A DNA stretch of 64,000 bases, taken from Squalus acanthias. Taxonomy: Eukaryota. Both the position numbers and the translations under genes were made by a program. The DNA lies in contig CM059433.1 of NCBI GenBank assembly GCA_030390025.1, positions 10,418,001-10,482,000 on the forward strand. Reading direction: 5' to 3'. The notes beneath the pieces were generated by a model, which was given only the letters and a program-made list of their open reading frames with translations, was not told the DNA's origin and made no database searches. How positions within the stretch are numbered: position 1 is the first letter of the stretch; each line of letters begins with the position of its first letter. Shown in pieces: positions 1 through 13,694 of the stretch.

Positions 1-3000
1 ATTGGGAGTGTTGGCTCTGTGCACTGTCTGAGATCGGGAGTGTTGCCTCTGTGCACTGTCAGAGATCGGGAGTGTTGCGTCTGTGCATTGTCTGAAATTG
101 GGAGTGTTGGCTCTGTGCACTGTCTGAGATCGGGAGTGTTGGCGCTATGCGTTGTCTGAGATCAGGAGTGTTGGCACTGTGTGTTGTCTGAGATCAGGAG
201 TGTTGGCACTGTGTGTTGTCTGAGATCGGCAGTGTTGGTGCTGTGCATTGTCTGAGATCGGGAGTGTTGGTGCTGTGTGTTGTCTGAGATCGGGAGTGTT
301 GGCGCTGTGTGTTGTCTGAGATCGGGAGTGTTGGCGCTGTGCATTGTCTGAGATCGGGAGTGTTGGCGCTGTGCACTGTCTGAGATCGGGAGTGTTGGCT
401 CTGTGCACTGTCTGAGATCGTGAGTGTTGGCGCTGTGCACTGTCTGAGATCGGGAGTGTTGGTGCTGTGCATTGTCTGAGATCGGGAGTGTTGGCTCTGT
501 GCACTGTCTGAGATCGGGAGTGTTGGCTCTGTGCACTGTCTGAGATCGGGAGTGTTGGCTCTGTGCACTGTCTGAGATCGGGAGTGTTGGCTCTGTGCAC
601 TGTCTGAGATCGGGAGTGTTGGTGCTGTGCATTGTCTGAGATCGGGAGTGTTGGCGCTGTGCACTGTCTGAGATCGGGAGTGTTGGCGCTGTGCACTGTC
701 TGAGATCGGGAGTGTTGGCGCTGTGCATTGTCTGAGATCGGGAGTGTTGGCGCTGTGCACCTTATCTGAGATCGGGAATGTTGGCGCTGTGCGTTGTCTG
801 AGATCGGGAGTGTTGGCGCTGTGCATTGTCTGAGATCGGGAGTGTTGGCGCTGTGCACTGTCTGAGATCGGGAGTGTTGGCGCTGTGCACCTTATCTGAG
901 ATCGGGAATGTTGACGCTGTGCGTTGTCTGAGATCAGAAGTGTTGGCGCTGTGCCTTGTCTGAGATCGGGAGTGTTGGCGCTATGCCTTGTCTGAGATCG
1001 GGAGTGTTGGCGCTATGCCTTGTCTGAGATCCGGAGTGTTGGCACTGTGCGTTGTCTGAGATCAGAAGTGTTGGCGCTGTGCCTTGTCTGAGATCGGGAG
1101 TGTTGGCGCAATGCCTTGTCTGAGATCCGGAGTGTTGGCACTGTGCATTGTCTGAGATCGGGAGTGTTGGCGCTGTGCACTGTCTGAGATCGGGAGTGTT
1201 GGCGCTGTGCGTTGTCTGAGATCGGGAGTGTTGGCGCTGTGCGTTGTCTGAGATCTTGGGGGTTGGCGCTGTGAGTTGTCTGAGATCGGGAGTGTTGGTG
1301 CTGTGCGTTGTCTGAGATTGGGAGTGTTGGCGCTGTGCCTTGTCTGAGATCGGGAGTGTTGGCGCTGTGCGTTGTCTGAGATCTCGGGGGTTGGCGCTGT
1401 GAGTTGTCTGAGATCGGGAGTGTTAGTTCTGTGAGTTGTCTGAGATCGGCAGTTTTGGTGCTGTGTGTTGTCTAAGATCGGGAGTGTTGGCGCTGTGCGT
1501 TGTCTGAGATCGGGAGTGTTGGCGCTGTGCACTGTCTGAGATCGGGAGTGTTGGTGCTGTGCATTGTCTGAGATCGGGAGTGTTGGCGCTGTGCATTGTC
1601 TGAGATCGGGAGTGTTGGCGCTGTGCATTGTCTGAGATCGGGAGTGTTGGCGCTGTGTGTTGTCTGAGATCGGGGGTGTTGGCGCTGTGCGTTGTCTGAG
1701 ATCGGGAGTGTTGGTGCTGTGCGTTGTCTGAGATTGGGAGTGTTGGCGCTGTGCCTTGTCTGAGATCGGGAGTGTTGGCACTGTGCGTTGTCTGAGATCT
1801 CGGGGGTTGGCGCTGTGAGTTGTCTGAGATCGGGAGTGTTAGTTCTGTGAGTTGTCTGAGATCGGCAGTTTTGGTGCTGTGTGTTGTCTGAGATCAGGAG
1901 TGTTGGCGCTGTGCACTGTCTGAGATCGGGAGTGTTGGCGCTGTGCAGTGTCTGAGATCGGGAGTGTTGGTGCTGTGCATTGTCTGAGATCGGGAGTGTT
2001 GGCGCTGTGCATTGTCTGAGATCGGGAGTGTTGGCGCTGTGCATTGTCTGAGATCGGGAGTGTTGGCGCTGTGTGTTGTCTGAGATCGGGGGTGTTGGCG
2101 CTGTGTGTTGTCTGAGATCGGGAGTGTTGGTGCTGTGCACTGTCTGAGATCGGGAGTGTTGGCGCTGTGCATTGTCTGAGATCGGGAGTGTTGGCGCTGT
2201 GCACCTTATCTGAGATCGGGAATGTTGGCGCTGTGCGTTGTCTGAGATCGGGAGTGTTGGCGCTGTGCATTGTCTGAGATCGGGAGTGTTGGCGCTGTGC
2301 ACTGTCTGAGATCGGGAGTGTTGGCGCTGTGCACCTTATCTGAGATCGGGAATGTTGACGCTGTGCGTTGTCTGAGATCAGAAGTGTTGGCGCTGTGCCT
2401 TGTCTGAGATCGGGAGTGTTGGCGCTGTGCCTTGTCTGAGATCCGGAGTGTTGGCACTGTGCATTGTCTGAGATCGGGAGTGTTGGCGCTGTGCACTGTC
2501 TGAGATCGGGAGTGTTGGCGCTGTGCGTTGTCTGAGATCGGGAGTGTTGGTGCTGTGCATTGTCTGAGATTGGGAGTGTTGGCTCTGTGCACTGTCTGAG
2601 ATCGGGAGTGTTGCCTCTGTGCACTGTCAGAGATCGGGAGTGTTGCGTCTGTGCATTGTCTGAAATTGGGAGTGTTGTCTCTGTGCACTGTCTGAGATCG
2701 GGAGTGTTGGCGCTATGCGTTGTCTGAGATCAGGAGTGTTGGCACTGTGTGTTGTCTGAGATCAGGAGTGTTGGCACTGTGTGTTGTCTGAGATCGGCAG
2801 TGTTGGTGCTGTGCATTGTCTGAGATCAGGAGTGTTGGTGCTGTGTGTTGTCTGAGATCGGGAGTGTTGGCGCTGTGTGTTGTCTGAGATCGGGAGTGTT
2901 GGCGCTGTGCATTGTCTGAGATCGGGAGTGTTGGCGCTGTGCACTGTCTGAGATCGGGAGTGTTGGCTCTGTGCACTGTCTGAGATCGGGAGTGTTGGCG

Positions 3001-6000
3001 CTGTGCACTGTCTGAGATCGGGAGTGTTGGTGCTGTGCATTGTCTGAGATCGGGAGTGTTGGCTCTGTGCACTGTCTGAGATCGGGAGTGTTGGCTCTGT
3101 GCACTGTCTGAGATCGGGAGTGTTGGCTCTGTGCACTGTCTGAGATCGGGAGTGTTGGCTGTGCACTGTCTGAGATCGGGAGTGTTGGTGCTGTGCATTG
3201 TCTGAGATCGGGAGTGTTGGCGCTGTGCACTGTCTGAGATCGGGAGTGTTGGCGCTGTGCACTGTCTGAGATCGGGAGTGTTGGCGCTGTGCATTGTCTG
3301 AGATCGGGAGTGTTGGCGCTGTGCATTGTCTGAGATCGGGAGTGTTGGCGCTGTGTGTTGTCTGAGATCGGGGGTGTTGGCGCTGTGCGTTGTCTGAGAT
3401 CGGGAGTGTTGGTGCTGTGCGTTGTCTGAGATTGGGAGTGTTGGCGCTGTGCCTTGTCTGAGATCGGGAGTGTTGGCACTGTGCGTTGTCTGAGATCTCG
3501 GGGGTTGGCGCTGTGAGTTGTCTGAGATCGGGAGTGTTAGTTCTGTGAGTTGTCTGAGATCGGCAGTTTTGGTGCTGTGTGTTGTCTGAGATCAGGAGTG
3601 TTGGCGCTGTGCACTGTCTGAGATCGGGAGTGTTGGCGCTGTGCAGTGTCTGAGATCGGGAGTGTTGGTGCTGTGCATTGTCTGAGATCGGGAGTGTTGG
3701 CGCTGTGCATTGTCTGAGATCGGGAGTGTTGGCGCTGTGCATTGTCTGAGATCGGGAGTGTTGGCGCTGTGTGTTGTCTGAGATCGGGGGTGTTGGCGCT
3801 GTGTGTTGTCTGAGATCGGGAGTGTTGGTGCTGTGCACTGTCTGAGATCGGGAGTGTTGGCGCTGTGCATTGTCTGAGATCGGGAGTGTTGGCGCTGTGC
3901 ACCTTATCTGAGATCGGGAATGTTGGCGCTGTGCGTTGTCTGAGATCGGGAGTGTTGGCGCTGTGCATTGTCTGAGATCGGGAGTGTTGGCGCTGTGCAC
4001 TGTCTGAGATCGGGAGTGTTGGCGCTGTGCACCTTATCTGAGATCGGGAATGTTGACGCTGTGCGTTGTCTGAGATCAGAAGTGTTGGCGCTGTGCCTTG
4101 TCTGAGATCGGGAGTGTTGGCGCTGTGCCTTGTCTGAGATCCGGAGTGTTGGCACTGTGCATTGTCTGAGATCGGGAGTGTTGGCGCTGTGCACTGTCTG
4201 AGATCGGGAGTGTTGGCGCTGTGCGTTGTCTGAGATCGGGAGTGTTGGTGCTGTGCATTGTCTGAGATTGGGAGTGTTGGCTCTGTGCACTGTCTGAGAT
4301 CGGGAGTGTTGCCTCTGTGCACTGTCAGAGATCGGGAGTGTTGCGTCTGTGCATTGTCTGAAATTGGGAGTGTTGGCTCTGTGCACTGTCTGAGATCGGG
4401 AGTGTTGGCGCTATGCGTTGTCTGAGATCAGGAGTGTTGGCACTGTGTGTTGTCTGAGATCAGGAGTGTTGGCACTGTGTGTTGTCTGAGATCGGCAGTG
4501 TTGGTGCTGTGCATTGTCTGAGATCAGGAGTGTTGGTGCTGTGTGTTGTCTGAGATCGGGAGTGTTGGCGCTGTGTGTTGTCTGAGATCGGGAGTGTTGG
4601 CGCTGTGCATTGTCTGAGATCGGGAGTGTTGGCGCTGTGCACTGTCTGAGATCGGGAGTGTTGGCTCTGTGCACTGTCTGAGATCGGGAGTGTTGGCGCT
4701 GCGCACTGTCTGAGATCGGGAGTGTTGGTGCTGTGCATTGTCTGAGATCGGGAGTGTTGGCTCTGTGCACTGTCTGAGATCGGGAGTGTTGGCTCTGTGC
4801 ACTGTCTGAGATCGGGAGTGTTGGCTCTGTGCACTGTCTGAGATCGGGAGTGTTGGCTGTGCACTGTCTGAGATCGGGAGTGTTGGTGCTGTGCATTGTC
4901 TGAGATCGGGAGTGTTGGCGCTGTGCACTGTCTGAGATCGGGAGTGTTGGCGCTGTGCACTGTCTGAGATCGGGAGTGTTGGCGCTGTGCATTGTCTGAG
5001 ATCGGGAGTGTTGGCGCTGTGCACCTTATCTGAGATCGGGAATGTTGGCGCTGTGCGTTGTCTGAGATCGGGAGTGTTGGCGCTGTGCATTGTCTGAGAT
5101 CGGGAGTGTTGGCGCTGTGCACTGTCTGAGATCGGGAGTGTTGGCGCTGTGCACCTTATCTGAGATCGGGAATGTTGACGCTGTGCGTTGTCTGAGATCA
5201 GAAGTGTTGGCCCAGGCCTTGTCTGAGATCGGGAGTGTTGGCGCTATGCCTTGTCTGAGATCCGGAGTGTTGGCACTGTGCATTGTCTGAGATCGGGAGT
5301 GTTGGCGCTGTGCACTGTCTGAGATCGGGAATGTTGGCGCTGTGCGTTGTCTGAGATCGGGAGTGTTGGCGCTGTGCGTTGTCTGAGATCTTGGGGGTTG
5401 GCGCTGTGAGTTTTCTGAGATCGGGAGTGTTGGTGCTGTGCGTTGTCTGAGATTGGGAGTGTTGGCGCTGTGCCTTGTCTGAGATCGGGAGTGTTGGCGC
5501 TGTGCGTTGTCTGAGATCTCGGGGGTTGGCGCTGTGAGTTGTCTGAGATCGGGAGTGTTAGTTCTGTGTGTTGTCTAAGATCGGGAGTGTTGGCGCTGTG
5601 CGTTGTCTGAGATCGGGAGTGTTGGCGCTGTGCACTGTCTGAGATCGGGAGTGTTGGTGCTGTGCATTGTCTGAGATCGGGAGTGTTGGCGCTGTGCATT
5701 GTCTGAGATCGGGAGTGTTGGCGCTGTGCATTGTCTGAGATCGGGAGTGTTGGCGCTGTGTGTTGTCTGAGATCGGGGGTGTTGGCGCTGTGCGTTGTCT
5801 GAGATCGGGAGTGTTGGTGCTGTGCGTTGTCTGAGATTGGGAGTGTTGGCGCTGTGCCTTGTCTGAGATCGGGAGTGTTGGCACTGTGCGTTGTCTGAGA
5901 TCTCGGGGGTTGGCGCTGTGAGTTGTCTGAGATCGGGAGTGTTAGTTCTGTGAGTTGTCTGAGATCGGCAGTTTTGGTGCTGTGTGTTGTCTGAGATCAG

Positions 6001-9000
6001 GAGTGTTGGCGCTGTGCACTGTCTGAGATCGGTAGTGTTGGCGCTGTGCAGTTTCTGAGATCGGGAGTGTTGGTGCTGTGCATTGTCTGAGATCGGGAGT
6101 GTTGGCGGTGTGCATTGTCTGAGATCGGGAGTGTTGGCGCTGTGCATTGTCTGAGATCGGGAGTGTTGGCGCTGTGTGTTGTCTGAGATCGGGGGTGTTG
6201 GCGCTGTGTGTTGTCTGAGATCGGGAGTGTTGGTGCTGTGCACTGTCTGAGATCGGGAGTGTTGGCGCTGTGCATTGTCTGAGATCGGGAGTGTTGGCGC
6301 TGTGCACCTTATCTGAGATCGGGAATGTTGGCGCTGTGCGTTGTCTGAGATCGGGAGTGTTGGCGCTGTGCATTGTCTGAGATCGGGAGTGTTGGCGCTG
6401 TGCACTGTCTGAGATCGGGAGTGTTGGCGCTGTGCACCTTATCTGAGATCGGGAATGTTGACGCTGTGCGTTGTCTGAGATCAGAAGTGTTGGCGCTGTG
6501 CCTTGTCTGAGATCGGGAGTGTTGGCGCTGTGCCTTGTCTGAGATCCGGAGTGTTGGCACTGTGCATTGTCTGAGATCGGGAGTGTTGGCGCTGTGCACT
6601 GTCTGAGATCGGGAGTGTTGGCGCTGTGCGTTGTCTGAGATCGGGAGTGTTGGTGCTGTGCATTGTCTGAGATTGGGAGTGTTGGCTCTGTGCACTGTCT
6701 GAGATCGGGAGTGTTGCCTCTGTGCACTGTCAGAGATCGGGAGTGTTGCGTCTGTGCATTGTCTGAAATTGGGAGTGTTGGCTCTGTGCACTGTCTGAGA
6801 TCGGGAGTGTTGGCGCTATGCGTTGTCTGAGATCAGGAGTGTTGGCACTGTGTGTTGTCTGAGATCAGGAGTGTTGGCACTGTGTGTTGTCTGAGATCGG
6901 CAGTGTTGGTGCTGTGCATTGTCTGAGATCAGGAGTGTTGGTGCTGTGTGTTGTCTGAGATCGGGAGTGTTGGCGCTGTGTGTTGTCTGAGATCGGGAGT
7001 GTTGGCGCTGTGCATTGTCTGAGATCGGGAGTGTTGGCGCTGTGCACTGTCTGAGATCGGGAGTGTTGGCTCTGTGCACTGTCTGAGATCGGGAGTGTTG
7101 GCGCTGTGCACTGTCTGAGATCGGGAGTGTTGGCGCTGTGCACTGTCTGAGATCGGGAGTGTTGGTGCTGTGCATTGTCTGAGATCGGGAGTGTTGGCTC
7201 TGTGCACTGTCTGAGATCGGGAGTGTTGGCTCTGTGCACTGTCTGAGATCGGGAGTGTTGGCTCTGTGCACTGTCTGAGATCGGGAGTGTTGGCTGTGCA
7301 CTGTCTGAGATCGGGAGTGTTGGTGCTGTGCATTGTCTGAGATCGGGAGTGTTGGCGCTGTGCACTGTCTGAGATCGGGAGTGTTGGCGCTGTGCACTGT
7401 CTGAGATCGGGAGTGTTGGCGCTGTGCATTGTCTGAGATCGGGAGTGTTGGCGCTGTGCACCTTATCTGAGATCGGGAATGTTGGCGCTGTGCGTTGTCT
7501 GAGATCGGGAGTGTTGGCGCTGTGCATTGTCTGAGATCGGGAGTGTTGGCGCTGTGCACTGTCTGAGATCGGGAGTGTTGGCGCTGTGCACCTTATCTGA
7601 GATCGGGAATGTTGACGCTGTGCGTTGTCTGAGATCAGAAGTGTTGGCGCTGTGCCTTGTCTGAGATCGGGAGTGTTGGCGCTATGCCTTGTCTGAGATC
7701 CGGAGTGTTGGCACTGTGCATTGTCTGAGATCGGGAGTGTTGGCGCTGTGCACTGTCTGAGATCGGGAGTGTTGGCGCTGTGCGTTGTCTGAGATCGGGA
7801 GTGTTGGCGCTGTGCGTTGTCTGAGATCTTGGGGGTTGGCGCTGTGAGTTGTCTGAGATCGGGAGTGTTGGTGCTGTGCGTTGTCTGAGATTGGGAGTGT
7901 TGGCGCTGTGCCTTGTCTGAGATCGGGAGTGTTGGCGCTGTGCGTTGTCTGAGATCTCGGGGGTTGGCGCTGTGAGTTGTCTGAGATCGGGAGTGTTAGT
8001 TCTGTGAGTTGTCTGAGATCGGCAGTTTTGGTGCTGTGTGTTGTCTAAGATCGGGAGTGTTGGCGCTGTGCGTTGTCTGAGATCGGGAGTGTTGGCGCTG
8101 TGCACTGTCTGAGATCGGGAGTGTTGGTGCTGTGCATTGTCTGAGATCGGGAGTGTTGGCGCTGTGCACTGTCTGAGATCGGGAGTGTTGGCGCTGTGCA
8201 TTGTCTGAGATCGGGAGTGTTGGCGCTGTGCATTGTCTGAGATCGGGAGTGTTGGCGCTGTGTGTTGTCTGAGATCGGGGGTGTTGGCGCTGTGCGTTGT
8301 CTGAGATCGGGAGTGTTGGTGCTGTGCATTGTCTGAGATTGGGAGTGTTGGCTCTGTGCACTGTCTGAGATCGGGAGTGTTGCCTCTGTGCACTGTCAGA
8401 GATCGGGAGTGTTGCGTCTGTGCATTGTCTGAAATTGGGAGTGTTGGCTCTGTGCACTGTCTGAGATCGGGAGTGTTGGCGCTATGCGTTGTCTGAGATC
8501 AGGAGTGTTGGCACTGTGTGTTGTCTGAGATCAGGAGTGTTGGCACTGTGTGTTGTCTGAGATCGGCAGTGTTGGTGCTGTGCATTGTCTGAGATCAGGA
8601 GTGTTGGTGCTGTGTGTTGTCTGAGATCGGGAGTGTTGGCGCTGTGTGTTGTCTGAGATCGGGAGTGTTGGCGCTGTGCATTGTCTGAGATCGGGAGTGT
8701 TGGCGCTGTGCACTGTCTGAGATCGGGAGTGTTGGCTCTGTGCACTGTCTGAGATCGGGAGTGTTGGCGCTGCGCACTGTCTGAGATCGGGAGTGTTGGT
8801 GCTGTGCATTGTCTGAGATCGGGAGTGTTGGCTCTGTGCACTGTCTGAGATCGGGAGTGTTGGCTCTGTGCACTGTCTGAGATCGGGAGTGTTGGCTCTG
8901 TGCACTGTCTGAGATCGGGAGTGTTGGCTGTGCACTGTCTGAGATCGGGAGTGTTGGTGCTGTGCATTGTCTGAGATCGGGAGTGTTGGCGCTGTGCACT

Positions 9001-10760
9001 GTCTGAGATCGGGAGTGTTGGCGCTGTGCACTGTCTGAGATCGGGAGTGTTGGCGCTGTGCATTGTCTGAGATCGGGAGTGTTGGCGCTGTGCACCTTAT
9101 CTGAGATCGGGAATGTTGGCGCTGTGCGTTGTCTGAGATCGGGAGTGTTGGCGCTGTGCATTGTCTGAGTTCGGGAGTGTTGGCGCTGTGCACTGTCTGA
9201 GATCGGGAGTGTTGGCGCTGTGCACCTTATCTGAGATCGGGAATGTTGGCGCTGTGCGTTGTCTGAGATCAGAAGTGTTGGCGCTGTGCGTTGTCTGAGA
9301 TCGGGAGTGTTGGCGCTGTGCCTTGTCTGAGATCCGGAGTGTTGGCACTGTGCATTGTCTGAGATCGGGAGTGTTGGCGCTGTGCACTGTCTGAGATCGG
9401 GAGTGTTGGCGCTGTGCGTTGTCTGAGATCGGGAGTGTTGGCGCTGTGCGTTGTCTGAGATCTCGGGGGTTGGCGCTGTGAGTTGTCTGAGATCGGGAGT
9501 GTTGGTGCTGTGCGTTGTCTGAGATTGGGAGTGTTGGCGCTGTGCCTTGTCTGAGATCGGGAGTGTTGGCGCTGTGCGTTGTCTGAGATCTCGGGGGTTG
9601 GCGCTGTGAGTTGTCTGAGATCGGGAGTGTTAGTTCTGTGAGTTGTCTGAGATCGGCAGTTTTGGTGCTGTGTGTTGTCTAAGATCAGGAGTGTTGGCGC
9701 TGTGCGTTGTCTGAGATCGGGAGTGTTGGCGCTGTGCACTGTCTGAGATCGGGAGTGTTGGTGCTGTGCATTGTCTGAGATCGGGAGTGTTGGCGCTGTG
9801 CATTGTCTGAGATCGGGAGTGTTGGCGCTGTGCATTGTCTGAGATCGGGAGTGTTGGCGCTGTGTGTTGTCTGAGATCGGGGGTGTTGGCGCTGTGCGTT
9901 GTCTGAGATCGGGAGTGTTGGTGCTGTGCGTTGTCTGAGATTGGAGTGTTGGCGCTGTGCCTTGTCTGAGATCGGGAGTGTTGGCACTGTGCGTTGTCTG
10001 AGATCTCGGGGGTTGGCGCTGTGAGTTGTCTGAGATCGGGAGTGTTAGTTCTGTGAGTTGTCTGAGATCGGCAGTTTTGGTGCTGTGTGTTGTCTGAGAT
10101 CAGGAGTGTTGGCGCTGTGCACTGTCTGAGATCGGGAGTGTTGGCGCTGTGCAGTGTCTGAGATCGGGAGTGTTGGCGCTGTGCATTGTCTGAGATCGGG
10201 AGTGTTGGCGCTGTGCATTGTCTGAGATCGGGAGTGTTGGCGCTGTGTGTTGTCTGAGATCGGGGGTGTTGGCGCTGTGTGTTGTCTGAGATCGGGAGTG
10301 TTGGTGCTGTGCCTTGTCTGAGATTGGGAGTCTTGCCTCTGTGCACCATCTGAGATCGGGAGTGTTGGCGCTGTGCACTGTCTGAGATCGGGAGTGTTGG
10401 TGCTGTGCGTTGTCTGAGATCGGGAGTGTTGGTGCTGTGCACTTTCTGAAATCGGGAGTGTTGGCGCTGTGCACTGTCTGAGATCGGGAGTGTTGGCGCT
10501 GTGCACTGTCTGAGATCGGGAGTGTTGGTGCTGTGCGTTGTCTGAGATTGGGAGTGTTTGCGCTGTGCACTGTCTGAGATCGGGAGTGTTGGTGCTGTGC
10601 ATTGTCTGAGATCGGGAGTGTTGGCGCTGTGCACTGTCTGAGATCGGCAGTGTTGGCGCTGTGTGTTGTCTGAGATCGGGGGTGTTGGCGCTGTGCACTG
10701 TCTGAGATCAGGAGTGTTGGTGCTGTGCGTTGTCTGAGATCGGGAGTGTTGGTGCTGTGC
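1..10760. repeat. Tandem satellite array, 32-bp monomer (consensus TGTCTGAGATCGGGAGTGTTGGCGCTGTGCAT), about 335 copies, runs off the left edge of the window
   Basis: Continuous 32-bp periodicity with recurrent variant monomers (34-bp CACCTTATCTGAG, 30-bp GTTGGCTGTGCAC, GAAATT and TTAGTTCT variants). Confidence 0.99.
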
Positions 10761-13124
10761 CTTCAAGTTCTTCGCAGCCTTCAACATGTCATCGATGACA
10801 ACGAACACCTCGCTAAGGCCATCCCCACGCCTCCACTACTCGCCTTCAAACAGCCGCCTAACCTCAAAAGTACCATCGTTCGCACCAAATTACCCAGCTT
10901 TCAGGAGAACAGCGACCACAGCACCACACAACCCTGCCACGGCAACCTCTGCAAGACATGCCAGATCATCAACACAGATACCATCATCACACGTGAGGAC
11001 ACTACCCACCAGGTACATGGTACATACTCATGTGACTCGGCCAACGTTGTCCACCTCATACGTTGCAGGAAAGGTTGCCCCGGAGCATGGTACATCGGCG
11101 AGACCATGCAGACACATAGAAGATAGGAGCAGGAGTAGGCCATTTGGCCCCTCGACCCTGCTCCGCCATTCGATGAGATCATGGCTGATCATCCAAACTC
11201 AGTACCCTGTACCTGCCTTCTCCCCATATCCCTTGATACCTTTAGCTTTAAGAAATATATCTAACTCATTCTTGAATATATTTAATGACTTGGCCTCAAC
11301 TACCTTCTGTGGTAGAGAATTCCACAGGTTCACCACTCTCTGGGTGAAGAAATTCCTCCTCATCTCTGTCCTAAATGGCTTACCCCTTATCCTTAGATTA
11401 TGACCCCTGGTTCTGGACTCTCCGACCATCGGGAACATTCTTCCTGCATCTAGTTTGTCCAGACCTGTCAGAATTTTATATGTTTCAATGAGATCCCCTC
11501 TCATTCTTCTATACTCCAGCGAGTATAAGCCCAATCGACCCAATCTCTCCTCATATGTCATTCCTGCCATCCCAGGTATCAGCCTTGTGAATCTTCGCTG
11601 AACTCCCTCCATGGCAAGAACATCCTTCCTCAGATAAGGCGACCAAAACTGCACACAATACTCAAGGTGTGGTCTCACCAAGGCCCTGTACAACTGCAGC
11701 AGGACATCCCTGTTCCTATACTCAAACCCTTTCGCTATGAAGGCCAACATACCATTTACCTTCTTCACCGCCTGCTGCACCTGCATGCTTACCTTCAGCG
11801 ACTGGTGCACAAGGACACCCAGGTCTCGTTGCACTTCCCCTTCTCCCAATCTATTGCCATTCAGATAATAGTCTGCCTTTCTGTTTTTGACACCAAAGTG
11901 GATAACCTTGCATTTATCCATGTTATATTGCATCTGCCACGCTTCTGCCCACTCACCCAACCTGTCCAAATCATCCTGGAGTTTCTCGGTATCCTCCTCG
12001 CAGCACACACTCCCACCCAGCTTTGTGTCATCTGCAAACTTGTAGATATTACATTTAGTTCCCTTATCTAGATCATTAATGTATATTGTGAAGAGCTGGG
12101 GTCCAAGGACCGATCCCTGCGGTACCCCACTAGTTACTGCTTGCCACTCGGAAAAAGAGCCATTAATTCCTACTCTCTGCTTTCTGTCCGCCAACCAGTT
12201 CTCTATCCAAGTCAATACCTTGCCCCCTATCCCATGTGCCCTAACTTTACACGGCAATCTCTTATGCGGGACCTTATCGAAAGCCTTTTGAAAGTCCAAA
12301 TACACCACATCTACTGGTTCTCCCTTATCTATTTTCCCAGTTACATCCTCAAAAAATTCTAGTCAATTAGTCAAGCACGATTTACCTTTTGTAAATCCAT
12401 GTTGACTTTGTCCGATCCTGTCACTGTTTTTCAAGTGCTCAGCTATTACATCCTTTATAATGCAACAACGTATGAACGGACACCGCGCAACAATCGGCAG
12501 GCAGGAGTGTTACCTCCCAGTCGGGGAACACTTCAGCAGTCACGGACATTCAGCCTCCGATCTTCGGGTAAGCGTTCTCCAAGGCGGCCTTCGAGACACG
12601 CGACAACGCAAAATCATCGAGCAGAAACTAATAGCCAAGTTCCTCACCCATGAGGACAGCCTCAACCGGAATCTCGGGTTCATGTCACATTACATGTAAT
12701 CCCACCTGACGTAGAGTCATCCAGACTCGAGTCATCGTTGGCTTGTTCACAGATGTGATTTCCAGTAAAAAAAGTAAAAAGTTTAAAGTTTTTGGTTTTC
12801 CATACAGACTGCAGCATCTGACACATTAGACCCCCTGTGACCCCACCTCATTGTCGTAGTTGTATTTTGCTATGTCTTTGATATAATGTCTTCCTGACTG
12901 ACCTGATTGTCTCTCTGCCGAGGTGTGATAAATGACAGTCAGAAAGATTAACTGTAGTCGTCTGACATTGTTCTCTGCACAGGCATTGTTCTCTGTCTAT
13001 ATATGCTGTGCCGATTTGTATTTCTTCACTTCACCTGACGAAGGAGCAGCCGCTCCGAAAGCTTGTGATTTCAAATAAAACTGTTGGACTATAACCTGGT
13101 GTTGTGCGACTTCTCACTTTTGTC
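10761..13124 (+). mobile_element. Penelope-like element, 5'-truncated, GIY-YIG endonuclease region plus 3' non-coding end, split by a CR1 insertion
   Basis: ORFs 10725-11126 and 12460-12699 rejoin in frame as PCHGNLCKTC...NVVHLIRCRKGCPGAWYIGETMQT-LQQRMNGHR...PVGEHFS...EQKLIAKF, the PLE-type GIY-YIG domain. The 3' part matches the inverted copy at 21022-21530. Confidence 0.9.
11116..12460 (-). mobile_element. CR1 LINE, 5'-truncated, with open RT C-terminal ORF (11199-12308)
   Basis: YLDFQKAFDKVPH, SGVPQGSVLGP, FADDTKL and RPHLEYCVQFWSP motifs; CR1 3' UTR with TTCTATGT tail. Confidence 0.95.
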
Positions 13125-13694
13125 ATTTATAGTTCAATACTCAGCGAAATGTCATTGCCAGCAGTCGTGGCCGCACTGGCAGCCCTACAGCATTTCACCC
13201 AGGTAGAGCTGGACAGTGCCTGTTAGCCAGCTATTGGACTGCGGCATGGATAACAGCTGGCCCTGATCCTCTCCTCACCTGGCGCTCGGTCCTAGGCTTT
13301 CCAGCAGCGCTCACCGTACAGCAATACGCAGCGGGGAACTTTGACTGGCTTTGTCCTCGTTGGCCCTTCGACGGCGAACTCCACTGCAGTGCCCGGTGAG
13401 TTCAGCGAACCTGGGGATCTTCTTGGGTCTGCATTGGCTCAGGTCCACATCTGCCAGTGTGTTTACCAACAGAGCTGGCACATCACCGCGTTTAATGGGG
13501 CACATGGCGGGTATGGCTGAGACTGATCCTTATAAGCAGGTGGCAGAAAAAGAGACCAGTGAAATCTGATTGTAACATTCAAGATAAAACCACCAATGAA
13601 AAACGCTGGCGTGCGGGGTACTTTGCCGTTCTACTGCAATTATTTAGCATTTAATCTGTCTCGAAAACTGGATAGTCCAGCTAAAGAGCATCTC

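Noticed and set aside
1..10760. CRISPR-like appearance of the regular array
   Set aside because: Monomers are head-to-tail with no unique spacers, no cas genes, and the context is vertebrate.
145..10808. Dozens of long minus-strand ORFs (HSANTPDLRQCTAPTLPISDNAQRQHSRSQT repeats)
   Set aside because: The 32-bp monomer lacks minus-strand stops, so all three frames give the same 32-aa cycle; a satellite artefact.
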